A DNA stretch of 64,000 nt from a virus, in IMG/VR virus record IMGVR_UViG_3300032087_006376, positions 63,709 through 127,708 of that record; one strand, given 5' to 3'. Position numbers and translations under genes: made by a program. The notes under the pieces were generated by a model. It did no database searches. It was not told where the DNA came from and was given only the letters and a program-made list of their open reading frames with translations. Positions 37,054-47,965 of the stretch are shown here, one piece after another. Numbering within the stretch: the stretch's first letter is position 1; each line of letters begins with the position of its first letter.

Positions 37054-38921
37054 AGTGTTATGTTACTTATTTTGATGCTGGTTATGTTGGCCATGCAAAA
37101 TATCTATTAGAGTGTTTAAACAGGTTTTCCCAATACAAAATAATTTGTTATACGGTAAACTTTGATTATGAATGTGATCTTGATAACGTAATTGTTGTTA
37201 AATATGAAATACCTTTCATTGGAGATATAGATTATAGATTATTTCTAAAAGGTGCGATATGTGAAAAATCTTTAGAAGACTTTCCTGATTATGATTTCTG
37301 TTACATTGATGCGGATTGTCTTCCTTTTCCTAATATAGATGAAATATTTACATCTATAGATAAAATAACTAATTATCCATTACCTTGTCTTTCTCATTTT
37401 AAAGCAGTTAAATGCAACGATTCATTAAAACATGAAACAAATTTATGTGATATATTAAATATTAATTATTTAAATAAGTTTTCGCATCATCGTGGTGCAG
37501 GTATTATTCTGTATAACAAGTTATGTGATAATTTTATAAAATATTGGAGTTTTTTATGCCAAAGTGAAAAATTAATTAACGAATCAGAGAAATTTGCACC
37601 GGGTCATGATGAAACTATACTGAATGCTCTACTTTGGAGAGATAATTCAGACAATAATATTGGAAAAGTTTATTTAAATACACCTTTGCAGGGAGATATT
37701 TATGAATATTTAGATTTTTTAACTGATCCAGTAGATGAAGATCCGCTTCGTGAGCCTTTTAGTGAAAAACCTTCCAAAATAAATTTACAAACAGTAAAAT
37801 GTTTGCATGGAAAATTAAACAATGATAACGCATTTAACTATTTCTTAGAAAAAACAAAAAAAATGGAATTTAAAGAAACAAAAAAACAGAAAATAGCCGT
37901 ATTATTTTCTGCATATAATTGTGCCGCGCATATAGATAAAGTTTTTGAGCCTTGGTTAGAGTTGAAAGACGAGTTGGGCTTGGTTTTGGCTGCGACAAAT
38001 GGCAGATATAGTCTTTCACCGGAAGACAAAAACGATGCCAAAGGCTCTCATTCACTTTTAAAGTTGGTAGGCAAAAAATTGGACTTTCTTTTACATTCAT
38101 CAGGTACTGGAGAATTATGGACTGAAGAGCAAGGTAGAAATTATATGTTAAATTTCGCATTAGACCGGAATGTGGATTTAATATGGGTTATAGATGCTGA
38201 TGAATATTATACGAAAGAACAAATTTTAAAAATTATTAATTTCATCAATGAAAATCAACATTTTGACAGTTATGACGTTCAATTCAAAAATTACGCTTTT
38301 AAATATCCTTATTGGGTAGATGGTTTTAGTAAATCTGTTGTGTTTTGGGCTGACAGGCATGAAGGCGTTAAAGATTTTTATTTTGATTGCGATATTAGGT
38401 ATAAAGATGGATTGACGAACGATAATAATGAAAATAAAACTTTAATTTCCAAAAATATAGCTTTTGTTGATCATTATTCTTGGTTAGAGGCCGATCCAAG
38501 AACTTCAGATAAAATTATTAACCAAAATAGAAAATATGACGGACCAGAAGGTTGTAGGTGTGTTTTTAAGTATGATTCAGAAAATAAATTAATTTTTAAT
38601 AAAGATTTTTACGATAACAGAAATCTACCTGTTCCTATTGTTCACAAAACTAATAAAGAAAATAATTTTATTTTTGATATTATATATAAAAGACAAGAGC
38701 ATTGTTTTTATGTAGTTAATACACAAACAAATGACACTTTTGATTTTAATGTTTATGATGACAAAGGAGAATTACTATTTATGACGACTTTAACAATCGC
38801 CCCCGGTGTTGATTATTATGTAAAAGCACAAAGACCTGTTACTGATGAAATGTTTTATAGGGTTGTGTCCAAGAAAAATCAAGATATTATTTTTGATAAA
38901 GAATTTCATTTAAATTTTTAA
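37050..38921 (+). CDS. Two-domain GT-A glycosyltransferase
   Basis: YIDADC and WVIDADE DxD motifs; HDETILNALLW. Confidence 0.8.
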   Translation: MKCYVTYFDAGYVGHAKYLLECLNRFSQYKIICYTVNFDYECDLDNVIVVKYEIPFIGDIDYRLFLKGAICEKSLEDFPDYDFCYIDADCLPFPNIDEIFTSIDKITNYPLPCLSHFKAVKCNDSLKHETNLCDILNINYLNKFSHHRGAGIILYNKLCDNFIKYWSFLCQSEKLINESEKFAPGHDETILNALLWRDNSDNNIGKVYLNTPLQGDIYEYLDFLTDPVDEDPLREPFSEKPSKINLQTVKCLHGKLNNDNAFNYFLEKTKKMEFKETKKQKIAVLFSAYNCAAHIDKVFEPWLELKDELGLVLAATNGRYSLSPEDKNDAKGSHSLLKLVGKKLDFLLHSSGTGELWTEEQGRNYMLNFALDRNVDLIWVIDADEYYTKEQILKIINFINENQHFDSYDVQFKNYAFKYPYWVDGFSKSVVFWADRHEGVKDFYFDCDIRYKDGLTNDNNENKTLISKNIAFVDHYSWLEADPRTSDKIINQNRKYDGPEGCRCVFKYDSENKLIFNKDFYDNRNLPVPIVHKTNKENNFIFDIIYKRQEHCFYVVNTQTNDTFDFNVYDDKGELLFMTTLTIAPGVDYYVKAQRPVTDEMFYRVVSKKNQDIIFDKEFHLNF

Positions 38922-38924
38922 GTT

Positions 38925-39566
38925 ATGATACTGAAATCTTTAATAAATGTAAAAACTGAATGGGTGGGTGGTCCATTAATTCGCATATTAGATGATAAAT
39001 GCTCTAAATATGCGATGAATTTATTTGTTTATCATGATGGAGAATGGCGAAATATGTTCGAAAAGTGCAACATGCGACAAGGATCTTTTTTCGGTCCCGG
39101 TATTTTTTCTAGGCAGAAGTGGAGATTTAAAGTTCATGGAATGGTAGGAAATAATTTATCATTATTATACGATGAAATATATAATGAAGAAAACAAAGTT
39201 GTCAGTGTGAAATTTGATAATGATTCTTATGGTAACCAAAGAGATTGGCTTTATCAAACTTTTGAATTAGCTAATAAATATAAGTTCAAACCAATTGTTG
39301 TTTCTAAGTTTTATAAAGTATTTAAAGAAAGTTTTAAGCAGTATGATATATTTTATGGTTTAGATGAATATGAAAAGGTTAAAGACATGAGTTATTCTTC
39401 ATATGTTATTAAAAGAAATGATATACAATCTGCCACAGCGGATTCGTGGGAGGCGGGAGGAGTTTTTATAAATAATTCTGTTTTTTTAAAGACTTGGCAT
39501 CACAGGCAAGACTGGGTTGGTATGAATCATAAACAAGTTTTCAAGGATATAATGTGTTATGAGTAA
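38925..39566 (+). CDS. Hypothetical protein
   Basis: Lies within the glycosylation operon. Confidence 0.6.
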   Translation: MILKSLINVKTEWVGGPLIRILDDKCSKYAMNLFVYHDGEWRNMFEKCNMRQGSFFGPGIFSRQKWRFKVHGMVGNNLSLLYDEIYNEENKVVSVKFDNDSYGNQRDWLYQTFELANKYKFKPIVVSKFYKVFKESFKQYDIFYGLDEYEKVKDMSYSSYVIKRNDIQSATADSWEAGGVFINNSVFLKTWHHRQDWVGMNHKQVFKDIMCYE

Positions 39567-41133
39567 AATAGTAGGAATTCATTGTGGCTCACACGACACT
39601 TCTATTGCGTATATACAAGATGGAGAGATTAAATGTATTTTTGAAGAAGAGAAAATGACGGGTATAAAATCCGTTGATAATGTTTTTGCAGATCCAGACT
39701 TAGGGTTAAGTTTGCTAAAAAATAAATTTTCTTTATCAAATAAAGATATTGATCATTTTTGTTTTGTTAATGGATACAAAAGAAATTTTTACGGAAAGAT
39801 TTCTCATGACGTACATTACCCTAGTATTGATTTATATTCTCATCATAAATGTCATGCTATAGGTTCTTATTTTACTTCAGGATTTAGCGGCAAGGTAATT
39901 TCAATAAGTCATGATGGAAAAGGTTATCATAGCAGAGGAAAAGTTTTTCTGTGTCAAGATGGAGGATTTCAACAAGTTCATTCTCAAAAAATTTCTGTCA
40001 CAGCTTCTTTAGCTGGACTTTGGGCCTGTGTGACAGCTCATCTCGGATGGAGAATGTTGAAAGACGAAGGCAAGGTCGTAGGTTTAGCTGCTCATGGAGT
40101 AGTAGATGAAGAAATGTATAGCTTAATGAAAAGTTGTTTCTTTTACAAAAACTATAATTTTTATCCAGCAGAATGGGAGAATCTTTGGCATTATTGTTTT
40201 AATGAAATAAATGGTCATAAATTAAATGATGATTCATATAGAGCTAACTATGCAGCAACTTTGCAAAAATTTACTGAAGATATTATGTATGAATATTTAA
40301 GGGATATTCATAATGATTTTCCAGATTTTAGAAAACTGTGTTTATCTGGGGGTTTATTTGCGAACGTTAAATTAAACAAGTTTATAAATGAACTGGATTT
40401 CTTTGATGAAATTTTTGTTCACCCAGCAATGAGTGATTCAGGTTTAGCTTTAGGCGCAGCTATATGTAAAGCCAATGAGCTGGGAGAAATCAAAAATCCT
40501 TTCAAATTGAAGAACGCTTTTTACGGCCAAAGTTTTTCAAAAGCAGAATGGAGAGAAGAAATTTACAAACATAAAAATTTAAAGATAGATTTCTTTTCAT
40601 TTGACAAAGTAGCTAAATTAATTGATCAAGGAAATATTGTCGGAGTATTCGCAGGAGCCACAGAATACGGCCCTAGGGCTCTTGGCAACAGAAGTATACT
40701 AGTTAGACCTACAGATAAAGAAACTCACGCAAAACTTAATTCTAGGCTGCAGAGGACCGAAATAATGCCGTTTGCTCCATCTATTCTAGAAGATCATATG
40801 GAAGAAGTGTTTTCTGGGGTCAAATCTAAGTATGCTTCTGAATTTATGACTTTATGTTTTGATACAAAGCAGTCTTGGGTCGATAAAATTCCAGCCGTTA
40901 TTCATGAAAAAGATGGAAGCTCCAGACCTCAGTCAATTAATAAAAGCACTAATTCTCATTTCTACAATATAGTTGACGCTTACAGAAAAATTTCAGGAAT
41001 ACCATTAGTGTTAAATACTTCTTTTAATGCTCATGGAGAGCCAATTAATAATTATCCTCATCAAGTTGTTAAACATCTTTTAGATGGAAAAATAGATTGC
41101 ATAGCAACAGAAGATTTTATTATTAGTTTATGA
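39559..41133 (+). CDS. Carbamoyltransferase (NodU/CmcH/TobZ family)
   Basis: GIH.GSHD.S.A, EEEK, HH.CHA..SY..SGF, EGKVVGLAA.G, GG...NVKLN, EYGPRALGNRSIL, PFAP, LNTSFN.HGEPI. Confidence 0.95.
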   Translation: MSKIVGIHCGSHDTSIAYIQDGEIKCIFEEEKMTGIKSVDNVFADPDLGLSLLKNKFSLSNKDIDHFCFVNGYKRNFYGKISHDVHYPSIDLYSHHKCHAIGSYFTSGFSGKVISISHDGKGYHSRGKVFLCQDGGFQQVHSQKISVTASLAGLWACVTAHLGWRMLKDEGKVVGLAAHGVVDEEMYSLMKSCFFYKNYNFYPAEWENLWHYCFNEINGHKLNDDSYRANYAATLQKFTEDIMYEYLRDIHNDFPDFRKLCLSGGLFANVKLNKFINELDFFDEIFVHPAMSDSGLALGAAICKANELGEIKNPFKLKNAFYGQSFSKAEWREEIYKHKNLKIDFFSFDKVAKLIDQGNIVGVFAGATEYGPRALGNRSILVRPTDKETHAKLNSRLQRTEIMPFAPSILEDHMEEVFSGVKSKYASEFMTLCFDTKQSWVDKIPAVIHEKDGSSRPQSINKSTNSHFYNIVDAYRKISGIPLVLNTSFNAHGEPINNYPHQVVKHLLDGKIDCIATEDFIISL

Positions 41134-44100
41134 ACTATTTCATTACTCATTGTGATAAAAATTTTTTAAAACACGCTGAAAGGCTTTTTGAAAGTTTAAA
41201 ATTATTTTCAGATTGTAAGATTATATTTTATACTATTGATTTTGATTATAAAAATAAATTTGATAATGTAATACCGCAGAGATTAAACTCAAGAGATTTT
41301 ACTTCTTCTTTAAGTGAAAAAAGTTCGCACTTTGTTGATAAAGCTTTTTTTGTTTTTTTGAAACCTATAATTGTTTTAGAGGCTTTAAAGAATTTCGGAA
41401 ATGAAAATTGTTTTTGTTACGTAGATGCTGATTGCATAGCAAGAAGTAGCTGTGACTTAGTTTTTGTTGAATCTGAACGTATAAGTTATTATCCGTTGTT
41501 GAATTTAGGTTGCCAAGAGTTTATGTTGCATGGTGGGAGAGGTAATCCATTTACAATTAATGGAATGGATTTATCTTTGTGTTTAGAAGCACCTTTATTG
41601 AGTAAGCTTGGTTTAGATGTAAATATTCGCACCACTAGTTATTTACAAACAGGAGTTTTTCTTTTTAATTCAAAATGTTCTCATTTTTTAGAAGAATGGA
41701 AAAATTTATGTTATTCCGATTTAATTTTAGAGGGCTGGCAATACCTGACACCTTTTCATGAAGAAACTGTAATTAATTGTTTATTGTGGAAAATAAAAAA
41801 TACTCAAAACTTAGATAGGGTTTTGATAAACATACCAGAAGAAGTGGATAATGTTGATTTGATGTTTAAAAAATTAGATGACCCTAAAGACTCTTTAGAA
41901 AGGATGACTTCCTTTTGCACCATTCCGTCAAAAGAATCTATGAAAAATTTACATTTTTTTCATGGGAAATGTAAAGATTCTATTTATAATAAAATGAAAG
42001 AAAATATGAAACAGTTTTATCTTTTGATTCATTCTTCCTCTTTGGGTGACACATTAGCTGCAACGCCTACATTAAGAAAGTTAAGCTCTGTTTACGGGAG
42101 TAAAATTAATGTTGTTACCCATGTGCCAGAATTATTTAAAAATAATCCATATGTTAACAAAGTATTTTCTTTTGATGATTTAAGTACATTAAACTTGAAA
42201 AAGAACGCTAAAGAAGTATTTGAGACTTTTGTTGATATAGGTGGTAAAAATAAAAGAGGAGTAGAGAAAAAACACAGCACAATTGACATAAGACAATTTC
42301 ATGCTTTAGATTTAGGTTTTTGTTTAAGTGAATCAGAAATGGAATACGATTTTATTCCTGAAGAAAATCAGGCCGTAGATGATCTTCCTGAAGATTACAT
42401 AGCTTTACATGTAGGATCAACTTGGCCTTCTAGAACCTACGAGAAAAAGAACTGGGAAGAATTAACTAAAACGTTAACATCTAAAAATATACCTGTAGTT
42501 TTAGTTGGAAAAAATAGTCATGAAAAAGGTTTTTTTGAAATAGATAAAAAAACAATTGACATAAATGTTAATTTGGGTATTGACTTAACAAACAAGTTAA
42601 CGCTCTCTCAATGCTGGAATGTTATAAATAAAGCAAAAGCGTTTGTCACGATGGACTCGGGGTTGCTACATTTGGCGGGAACAACAGATGCAAATATTAT
42701 TCAATTAGGATCTTCTATAAACAATAAACTGAGAGCTCCATTCAGAAAAAATTCTCAATCATATAAATATAATTATATTTCAGGTTCATGTAACGCATTT
42801 TGTGCTTCCGATATTAAACACGGAATAAAAGAGTGGGGAACAATTCAAGGAGTGCCTCCACTTATAAATTGTTTAGAAAATAGAAGTTCTTTCGATTGTC
42901 ATCCTTCAGTTGAAGATGTTGTAGATTGTATAGAAAAAATTATCACACCTTCTAAAAGAAAAAAAGTTTTATTCTTGGCTCCACACTTATCTACTGGAGG
43001 TTCGCCAGCTTATTTGCTTTGGTTGATAAAGCAAAGAAAATCACAAGGTTATGACGTAAAAGTTGTTGAGTATTGTTATTACGGAGATTATGTTGTTCAC
43101 AGAAACCATATAATAAATTTGGTCGGCAAAGAGAACTTTTTATCTTTTGGCGCTTTAAATGAAAGCGATGAACAATATGATGAAAAATCTAAAGATCTCA
43201 TAAATCTTATAAAGAGTTATAATCCTGATGAAATACAATTAAATGAAATAGCAGAAATATTTAGTTTAAAAAAATTAACCGATGACATAAAAAACTTTTT
43301 GTATGATGACAACAGAAATTTCAAAATCATAGAAACTTGTCATACTTCTGAGTTTGATTTTGTTGATAAAAAATTAATGCCTGATGAGTTTCATTTTTGC
43401 TGCGTTTATCATAAAAATTTGTGCAACTTGAATGTTCCATCAAAATTAGTTGATATGCAAATAGAAAAGAAATCTAAACCGGATAGAAATTCTAGTTTGA
43501 TTAAATTAGGTTTGAATCCTAATTATTACCATGTTTTAAACGTAGCTCTTTTTCATGACAATAAAAATCAAAAGTTCTTATATCAAATAGCTGCCCAGTT
43601 ACGAGACCAAAACGTTCAATTTCATTTCGTCGGCAATACGTGTTTTTATGATCATTGTGGATTAACGGAAGAAATGAAAACTCTCCCTAATTGTATAGTT
43701 CACGGTGAAAGAGATAATGTAGATGATTATATGGCGGCAATGGATCTTTTTGTTCTTCCGTCTCATAGAGAGCTTAATCCGTTATCAATTAAAGAAGCTT
43801 TATCATGGAACATGCCCTGCTTTATTTCAGATATAGAGACTTTAAGAAGTCAATATCAAAATGATGGATTAATTAATTTTATAAATGGTGATAATTTAAA
43901 AAATTATATTTTAGATAACAAAGATAAAGTTAGTAACGTTCAAATAGATACTTTCGCTTTGTCTGATAAAAATATTTTTACTACTACCTTTGATCCGAAA
44001 CCAAAAATACAAATAGATGGCGATGATAAGTTTAGTTATGAAGTTTCGTTTATAAGAGAAAAAGACGATTTTATAGTTTACCAAACTACTATAAATAATA

Positions 44101-45080
44101 ATATGTGGGCGGGTTGCGATAAAGGTGGCGAGAGGATTAAGATTGTTGTAGAAAATTTAGTAACTAAAATCAAAAATGAGTTTTGTGAAGCTATTGAAAA
44201 TGAAATTTTACCCTCGCAAGAAAACGCTATAGATATAGTAAACGAATCGGGGAGTTTAGGAGATTGTATAGCTTGGGTACCTATGGTTCAAAGATACGCT
44301 GAGCTCAAAAAAACTAAAGTTAATTTTTATAGTCCTCACAAACAAATTTTTGATAAAGATAAGTATGATTTAGTAAACTTTTTTGATTATAACCAAAAAC
44401 CAGAATCTAAAGATTCCGTTATAAAATTATACTATAATGTATCAACTTCACATGATAATTCTTTGCAGGAAGTTGCATGTAAAATTTTAGATATTCCTTA
44501 CGAAGAAGAAAAAACTGTTTTAATAAAAAAGAGTCGCTCTTCGTCTTTCCCTAGGAAGTATGTGTGCATAGCCACTCAATCTACCGCACAAGCTAAATAT
44601 TGGAATAATAAAAATGGTTGGAAAAAAACTGTAAACTATTTAAAGTTTTTAGGTTATGATGTTGTTTGTATAGATAGGCACAAAACTTTTGGGGTAGAAG
44701 GCCATTACAACAAAATACCAAGTAATTGTATAGATAAAACTGGAGATATAAGTTTAGAAGATAGAATTAATGATTTATATAACTGTGAATTTTTTATTGG
44801 CTTAGGTTCAGGTTTGTCTTGGTTAGCTTGGGCTTGCCAAAAGCCGGTAGTAATGATATCAGGATTTTCTAAACCTTATGCCGAGTTTACCACTAATTAT
44901 AGAGTCATAAATGAAAAAGTTTGTAACGGATGCTGGAACAATAATTCTTTTGACTTCGATTCTTCAAATTGGCTTTGGTGCCCTGAAAAGAAAAATTTTG
45001 AATGCACAAGAAAAATCTCTTTTGAGATGGTAAAAAGTAAAATTGATTTATTAAGAAAAGAAAATAATTTACATGCTTAA
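41130..45080 (+). CDS. 1316-aa multidomain glycosyltransferase (GT-A, GT9-like, GT4-like, Aah/TibC-like heptosyltransferase)
   Basis: YVDADC; SLGDTLAATP...MDSGLLHLA; DLFVLPS..ELNPLSIKEALS; SLGD.IAW.P...QSTAQAKYWNN..GW...FFIGLGSGLSWLAWA..KPVVMISGFS...VCNGCWN. Confidence 0.85.
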   Translation: MNYFITHCDKNFLKHAERLFESLKLFSDCKIIFYTIDFDYKNKFDNVIPQRLNSRDFTSSLSEKSSHFVDKAFFVFLKPIIVLEALKNFGNENCFCYVDADCIARSSCDLVFVESERISYYPLLNLGCQEFMLHGGRGNPFTINGMDLSLCLEAPLLSKLGLDVNIRTTSYLQTGVFLFNSKCSHFLEEWKNLCYSDLILEGWQYLTPFHEETVINCLLWKIKNTQNLDRVLINIPEEVDNVDLMFKKLDDPKDSLERMTSFCTIPSKESMKNLHFFHGKCKDSIYNKMKENMKQFYLLIHSSSLGDTLAATPTLRKLSSVYGSKINVVTHVPELFKNNPYVNKVFSFDDLSTLNLKKNAKEVFETFVDIGGKNKRGVEKKHSTIDIRQFHALDLGFCLSESEMEYDFIPEENQAVDDLPEDYIALHVGSTWPSRTYEKKNWEELTKTLTSKNIPVVLVGKNSHEKGFFEIDKKTIDINVNLGIDLTNKLTLSQCWNVINKAKAFVTMDSGLLHLAGTTDANIIQLGSSINNKLRAPFRKNSQSYKYNYISGSCNAFCASDIKHGIKEWGTIQGVPPLINCLENRSSFDCHPSVEDVVDCIEKIITPSKRKKVLFLAPHLSTGGSPAYLLWLIKQRKSQGYDVKVVEYCYYGDYVVHRNHIINLVGKENFLSFGALNESDEQYDEKSKDLINLIKSYNPDEIQLNEIAEIFSLKKLTDDIKNFLYDDNRNFKIIETCHTSEFDFVDKKLMPDEFHFCCVYHKNLCNLNVPSKLVDMQIEKKSKPDRNSSLIKLGLNPNYYHVLNVALFHDNKNQKFLYQIAAQLRDQNVQFHFVGNTCFYDHCGLTEEMKTLPNCIVHGERDNVDDYMAAMDLFVLPSHRELNPLSIKEALSWNMPCFISDIETLRSQYQNDGLINFINGDNLKNYILDNKDKVSNVQIDTFALSDKNIFTTTFDPKPKIQIDGDDKFSYEVSFIREKDDFIVYQTTINNNMWAGCDKGGERIKIVVENLVTKIKNEFCEAIENEILPSQENAIDIVNESGSLGDCIAWVPMVQRYAELKKTKVNFYSPHKQIFDKDKYDLVNFFDYNQKPESKDSVIKLYYNVSTSHDNSLQEVACKILDIPYEEEKTVLIKKSRSSSFPRKYVCIATQSTAQAKYWNNKNGWKKTVNYLKFLGYDVVCIDRHKTFGVEGHYNKIPSNCIDKTGDISLEDRINDLYNCEFFIGLGSGLSWLAWACQKPVVMISGFSKPYAEFTTNYRVINEKVCNGCWNNNSFDFDSSNWLWCPEKKNFECTRKISFEMVKSKIDLLRKENNLHA

Positions 45081-46115
45081 TGATTTGAAAATCATTTCAT
45101 AATGATTGCACTGTATTTCTATGGTAAAATTATGAACGGCATTTTTTAAACAATTTTCAGGATTGATTTCTTTATATCCTTTTCTTACGGCAAAGTTAAA
45201 TTGCTGGTAGGTTGAGCATCTAAACCCAGTGTAACTTTGTTTAACTGTTTCAGTAAACCCTCCAAAATCCGTTGTTATGGTCGGTGTGCCTGAAAATTGG
45301 GCTTCTATTACTGTCCAGTTGCATGGTTCAACAAAAAAACTTGGAGCTAGTAAAAATTGAGCATCAGATAATAATTTTTTTCTTTCTTCTGGCTCTACGA
45401 AACCAAGCATTTTGCAATATTTCGTGTCTTTAAGTTTCAATATATTTGGTCCTGCAAAATATATTTCTTGACCAATTGCGTTGCACATGTCATACGCAGC
45501 CTTAGCCCCTTTCTGTTCTGTGACTCTACCTAGAAAAAGAGCTATATTAGATTTTTGTTTTTTGAATAAAAAATCTTCTTTTTTAAAACCGGGATAAACT
45601 ACAAACTCTTTGTTGAAATGAACATTTGTTTTTGATGCTCCGTGAAGTTTGTGCATTTGTGAATAAGTTTCAAACATTTTAATTTGAGCAAACATTGAAT
45701 CATATCCGATGCTAGGTTCTACAATTATTGCTTTGTCTTTAAAATTTTCTACGCAAGGCTCATGTGCAAACCCAAACCAACACAATATAAATTCATTTGG
45801 AGATTTTATTCTATTGTTTAATTCTTTAATGCAGTTGTCGTTAAAAATTTTTACAGCTTCAGTGTGAACGCTTTGATTAAATCCTTCTGTTTTCCAAAGG
45901 TTTAAATCTTGATAGCTTCTTTCTAATATTTCGTCGTTTGTTACAGTGATATGTTCTGTGCATGTGACTTTAGAATTTTCATGTCCATAATGATAAACTG
46001 TGTGACCGCGTTTAGTCATTTCTTCACAGAACTTATAAACTTTTTGAGTAAAAGCACATAAGGACATCTCTTTTCTGGTGGGAGCATAAGGAATACTCAA
46101 ACAGTGGAAAATCAT
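45069..46115 (-). CDS. GT4-family glycosyltransferase
   Basis: FLGRV...KG, EPCNWTVIEAQFSGTP.ITTDFGGFTETV. Confidence 0.9.
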   Translation of the reverse strand: MIFHCLSIPYAPTRKEMSLCAFTQKVYKFCEEMTKRGHTVYHYGHENSKVTCTEHITVTNDEILERSYQDLNLWKTEGFNQSVHTEAVKIFNDNCIKELNNRIKSPNEFILCWFGFAHEPCVENFKDKAIIVEPSIGYDSMFAQIKMFETYSQMHKLHGASKTNVHFNKEFVVYPGFKKEDFLFKKQKSNIALFLGRVTEQKGAKAAYDMCNAIGQEIYFAGPNILKLKDTKYCKMLGFVEPEERKKLLSDAQFLLAPSFFVEPCNWTVIEAQFSGTPTITTDFGGFTETVKQSYTGFRCSTYQQFNFAVRKGYKEINPENCLKNAVHNFTIEIQCNHYEMIFKSLSM

Positions 46116-46143
46116 ATATATATAGTGTAATAATAATTACTAT

Positions 46144-46875
46144 ATGTCAACAAAAAAACGTAGGCAACCAAAAGGAACAATAAAAGAAGTTTTAGACGAA
46201 AATGTATTTAGACAAGTTAAATTACAAATTAAAAAATTTGATTTAACAGAAAAACAAAAAAGTTTAGTGGAGTTAGCTTTCCAGCATGATACAAAAATAA
46301 TTTTTATTAACGGGGTAGCAGGTTCATCAAAAACGTTTTTATCAGTTTATTGCGCGTTGCATTTATTAAACGCAAATCCAAAGTACGAAATAAAATATAT
46401 CAGAACAATCGCAGAAGCAGGAGAAAGAGGTTTGGGCTCTTTACCCGGAACTGTAGATGAAAAATTCAATCCATTCATGATGCCATTGTACGATAAACTA
46501 GACGAATTACTTCCTGTTACTCAATCTAAGTATTTAGAAGATCAAGGCTATATAGAAGCTTTTCCCGTAAACTTCCTGAGAGGTGCCACATGGAACGATA
46601 AGGTAATTATAGCAGACGAGGCTCAAAATTACTCTACAAAGGAGCTTGTGACGCTTCTGACGCGTATAGGGGAGGGAACCAAGATGTTTATTTGTGGCGA
46701 CTCAATGCAGTCAGACATTGGCATGAAATCTGGGTTTACAAAAATATATGATTTATTCAAAAGTAAAGAAAGTGAAGAAAAAGGAATTCACTGCTTTGAA
46801 TTCGAAGAAGCAGATATTGTTAGAAGTGAGATTTTAAAATATATAGTTAATGTATTTAAGAAATTAGATAAATAA
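46144..46875 (+). CDS. phoH: PhoH-like ATPase
   Basis: GVAGSSKT, G.LPG..DEK..PF, FLRGAT, IADEAQN, TRIGEG.K..I.GD..QSD. Confidence 0.93.
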   Translation: MSTKKRRQPKGTIKEVLDENVFRQVKLQIKKFDLTEKQKSLVELAFQHDTKIIFINGVAGSSKTFLSVYCALHLLNANPKYEIKYIRTIAEAGERGLGSLPGTVDEKFNPFMMPLYDKLDELLPVTQSKYLEDQGYIEAFPVNFLRGATWNDKVIIADEAQNYSTKELVTLLTRIGEGTKMFICGDSMQSDIGMKSGFTKIYDLFKSKESEEKGIHCFEFEEADIVRSEILKYIVNVFKKLDK

Positions 46876-46898
46876 ATTAAATTTGATATAATATATCA

Positions 46899-47261
46899 AT
46901 GAGTATTATTTATTGTTCTCAATGTGGCGCAAAAAGCGGTGCAGGTTCTAAATTTTGTTCTTCGTGTGGTAACGCTTTATCTAGTTTTGCTCCACAAAAA
47001 AAAGTCATTCAAGAAATAAATCCGCAAATAGAATCAGAAGGTGATTCTTTTAGGAGGCCCTCTAGATTAGCTTATGAAATACAAGACGGAGGTAATAATA
47101 AATTTAGTGCAAAAGAACTTTTTAATGCATCTCCCGTAAGCGATTCTGATAGGTTAAATAGGCCTGTGGATCAAACTCAAGATTTAACTCGCGAAGAATA
47201 TTTAGCTCAATCATTAAAAGAATGTGCTCCTAGGGGGATGAGAGACATAGATGAAAGCTAA
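46899..47261 (+). CDS. Zinc-ribbon protein
   Basis: YCSQCG...FCSSCG. Confidence 0.75.
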   Translation: MSIIYCSQCGAKSGAGSKFCSSCGNALSSFAPQKKVIQEINPQIESEGDSFRRPSRLAYEIQDGGNNKFSAKELFNASPVSDSDRLNRPVDQTQDLTREEYLAQSLKECAPRGMRDIDES

Positions 47262-47964
47262 AAAGAAAAAATTTGAAGACATGTATGAAAAGATTGATGA
47301 AGTAATAAAAAAAAGAAGATCCAAGTGGAGACTTAAAGCGATAACTTGGTTTGACTTTGAAGATATTGAACAAATAATAAAATTACACATTTATAAAAAA
47401 TGGCATCTATGGGATCAGTCTAGACCTATAGAGCCTTGGGTTAACAGAATAGCCACAAATCAAATAAGAAATATTATTCGAAATAATTATACTTCTTTTG
47501 CAAAACCTTGTTTATCATGTCCGTTTAATACTAGTAAAGGTATTGAGATAGTTTATGAAGATTCGTGCGGCTTCACACCGAGTAAAACTCAATGCAATGA
47601 ATGTCCTTTATATGCTAAATGGGAAAAACTAAAAAAACCTGCATATGATATAAAAATGACTGTCAGCTTGGAGAATCATCAAAATTATTACATGAATTTT
47701 GAGAGCTCCAATATTCAAGACTACACTTCTGCTGAGAAAAAATTACATTCTTTAATGAGGGGCGCATTAAATGATAAGCAATTCTTTATATATAAAATGT
47801 TTTTTATTGATAATTTAAATGATGAGGATGTTGCTAAAATATTAAGATTTAAAACAAATGAGAGCGGGAGAAAAGCTGGATATAAACAAATAAAAAATTT
47901 AAAAAAAATGCTTTATGAAAAAGCAAAAAAAATAATAAAAGAAAACGATTTGTTTTCATCGTGA
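47251..47964 (+). CDS. Phage sigma factor (ECF-like) with Cys-rich insert
   Basis: FEDIEQ...WD.SRPIEPWVNRIATNQIRN..R (region 2); LNDKQ..IY..FF...LN.EDVAKIL (region 4); CLSC...CNEC insert. Confidence 0.7.
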   Translation: MKAKKKKFEDMYEKIDEVIKKRRSKWRLKAITWFDFEDIEQIIKLHIYKKWHLWDQSRPIEPWVNRIATNQIRNIIRNNYTSFAKPCLSCPFNTSKGIEIVYEDSCGFTPSKTQCNECPLYAKWEKLKKPAYDIKMTVSLENHQNYYMNFESSNIQDYTSAEKKLHSLMRGALNDKQFFIYKMFFIDNLNDEDVAKILRFKTNESGRKAGYKQIKNLKKMLYEKAKKIIKENDLFSS

Positions 47965-47965
47965 T

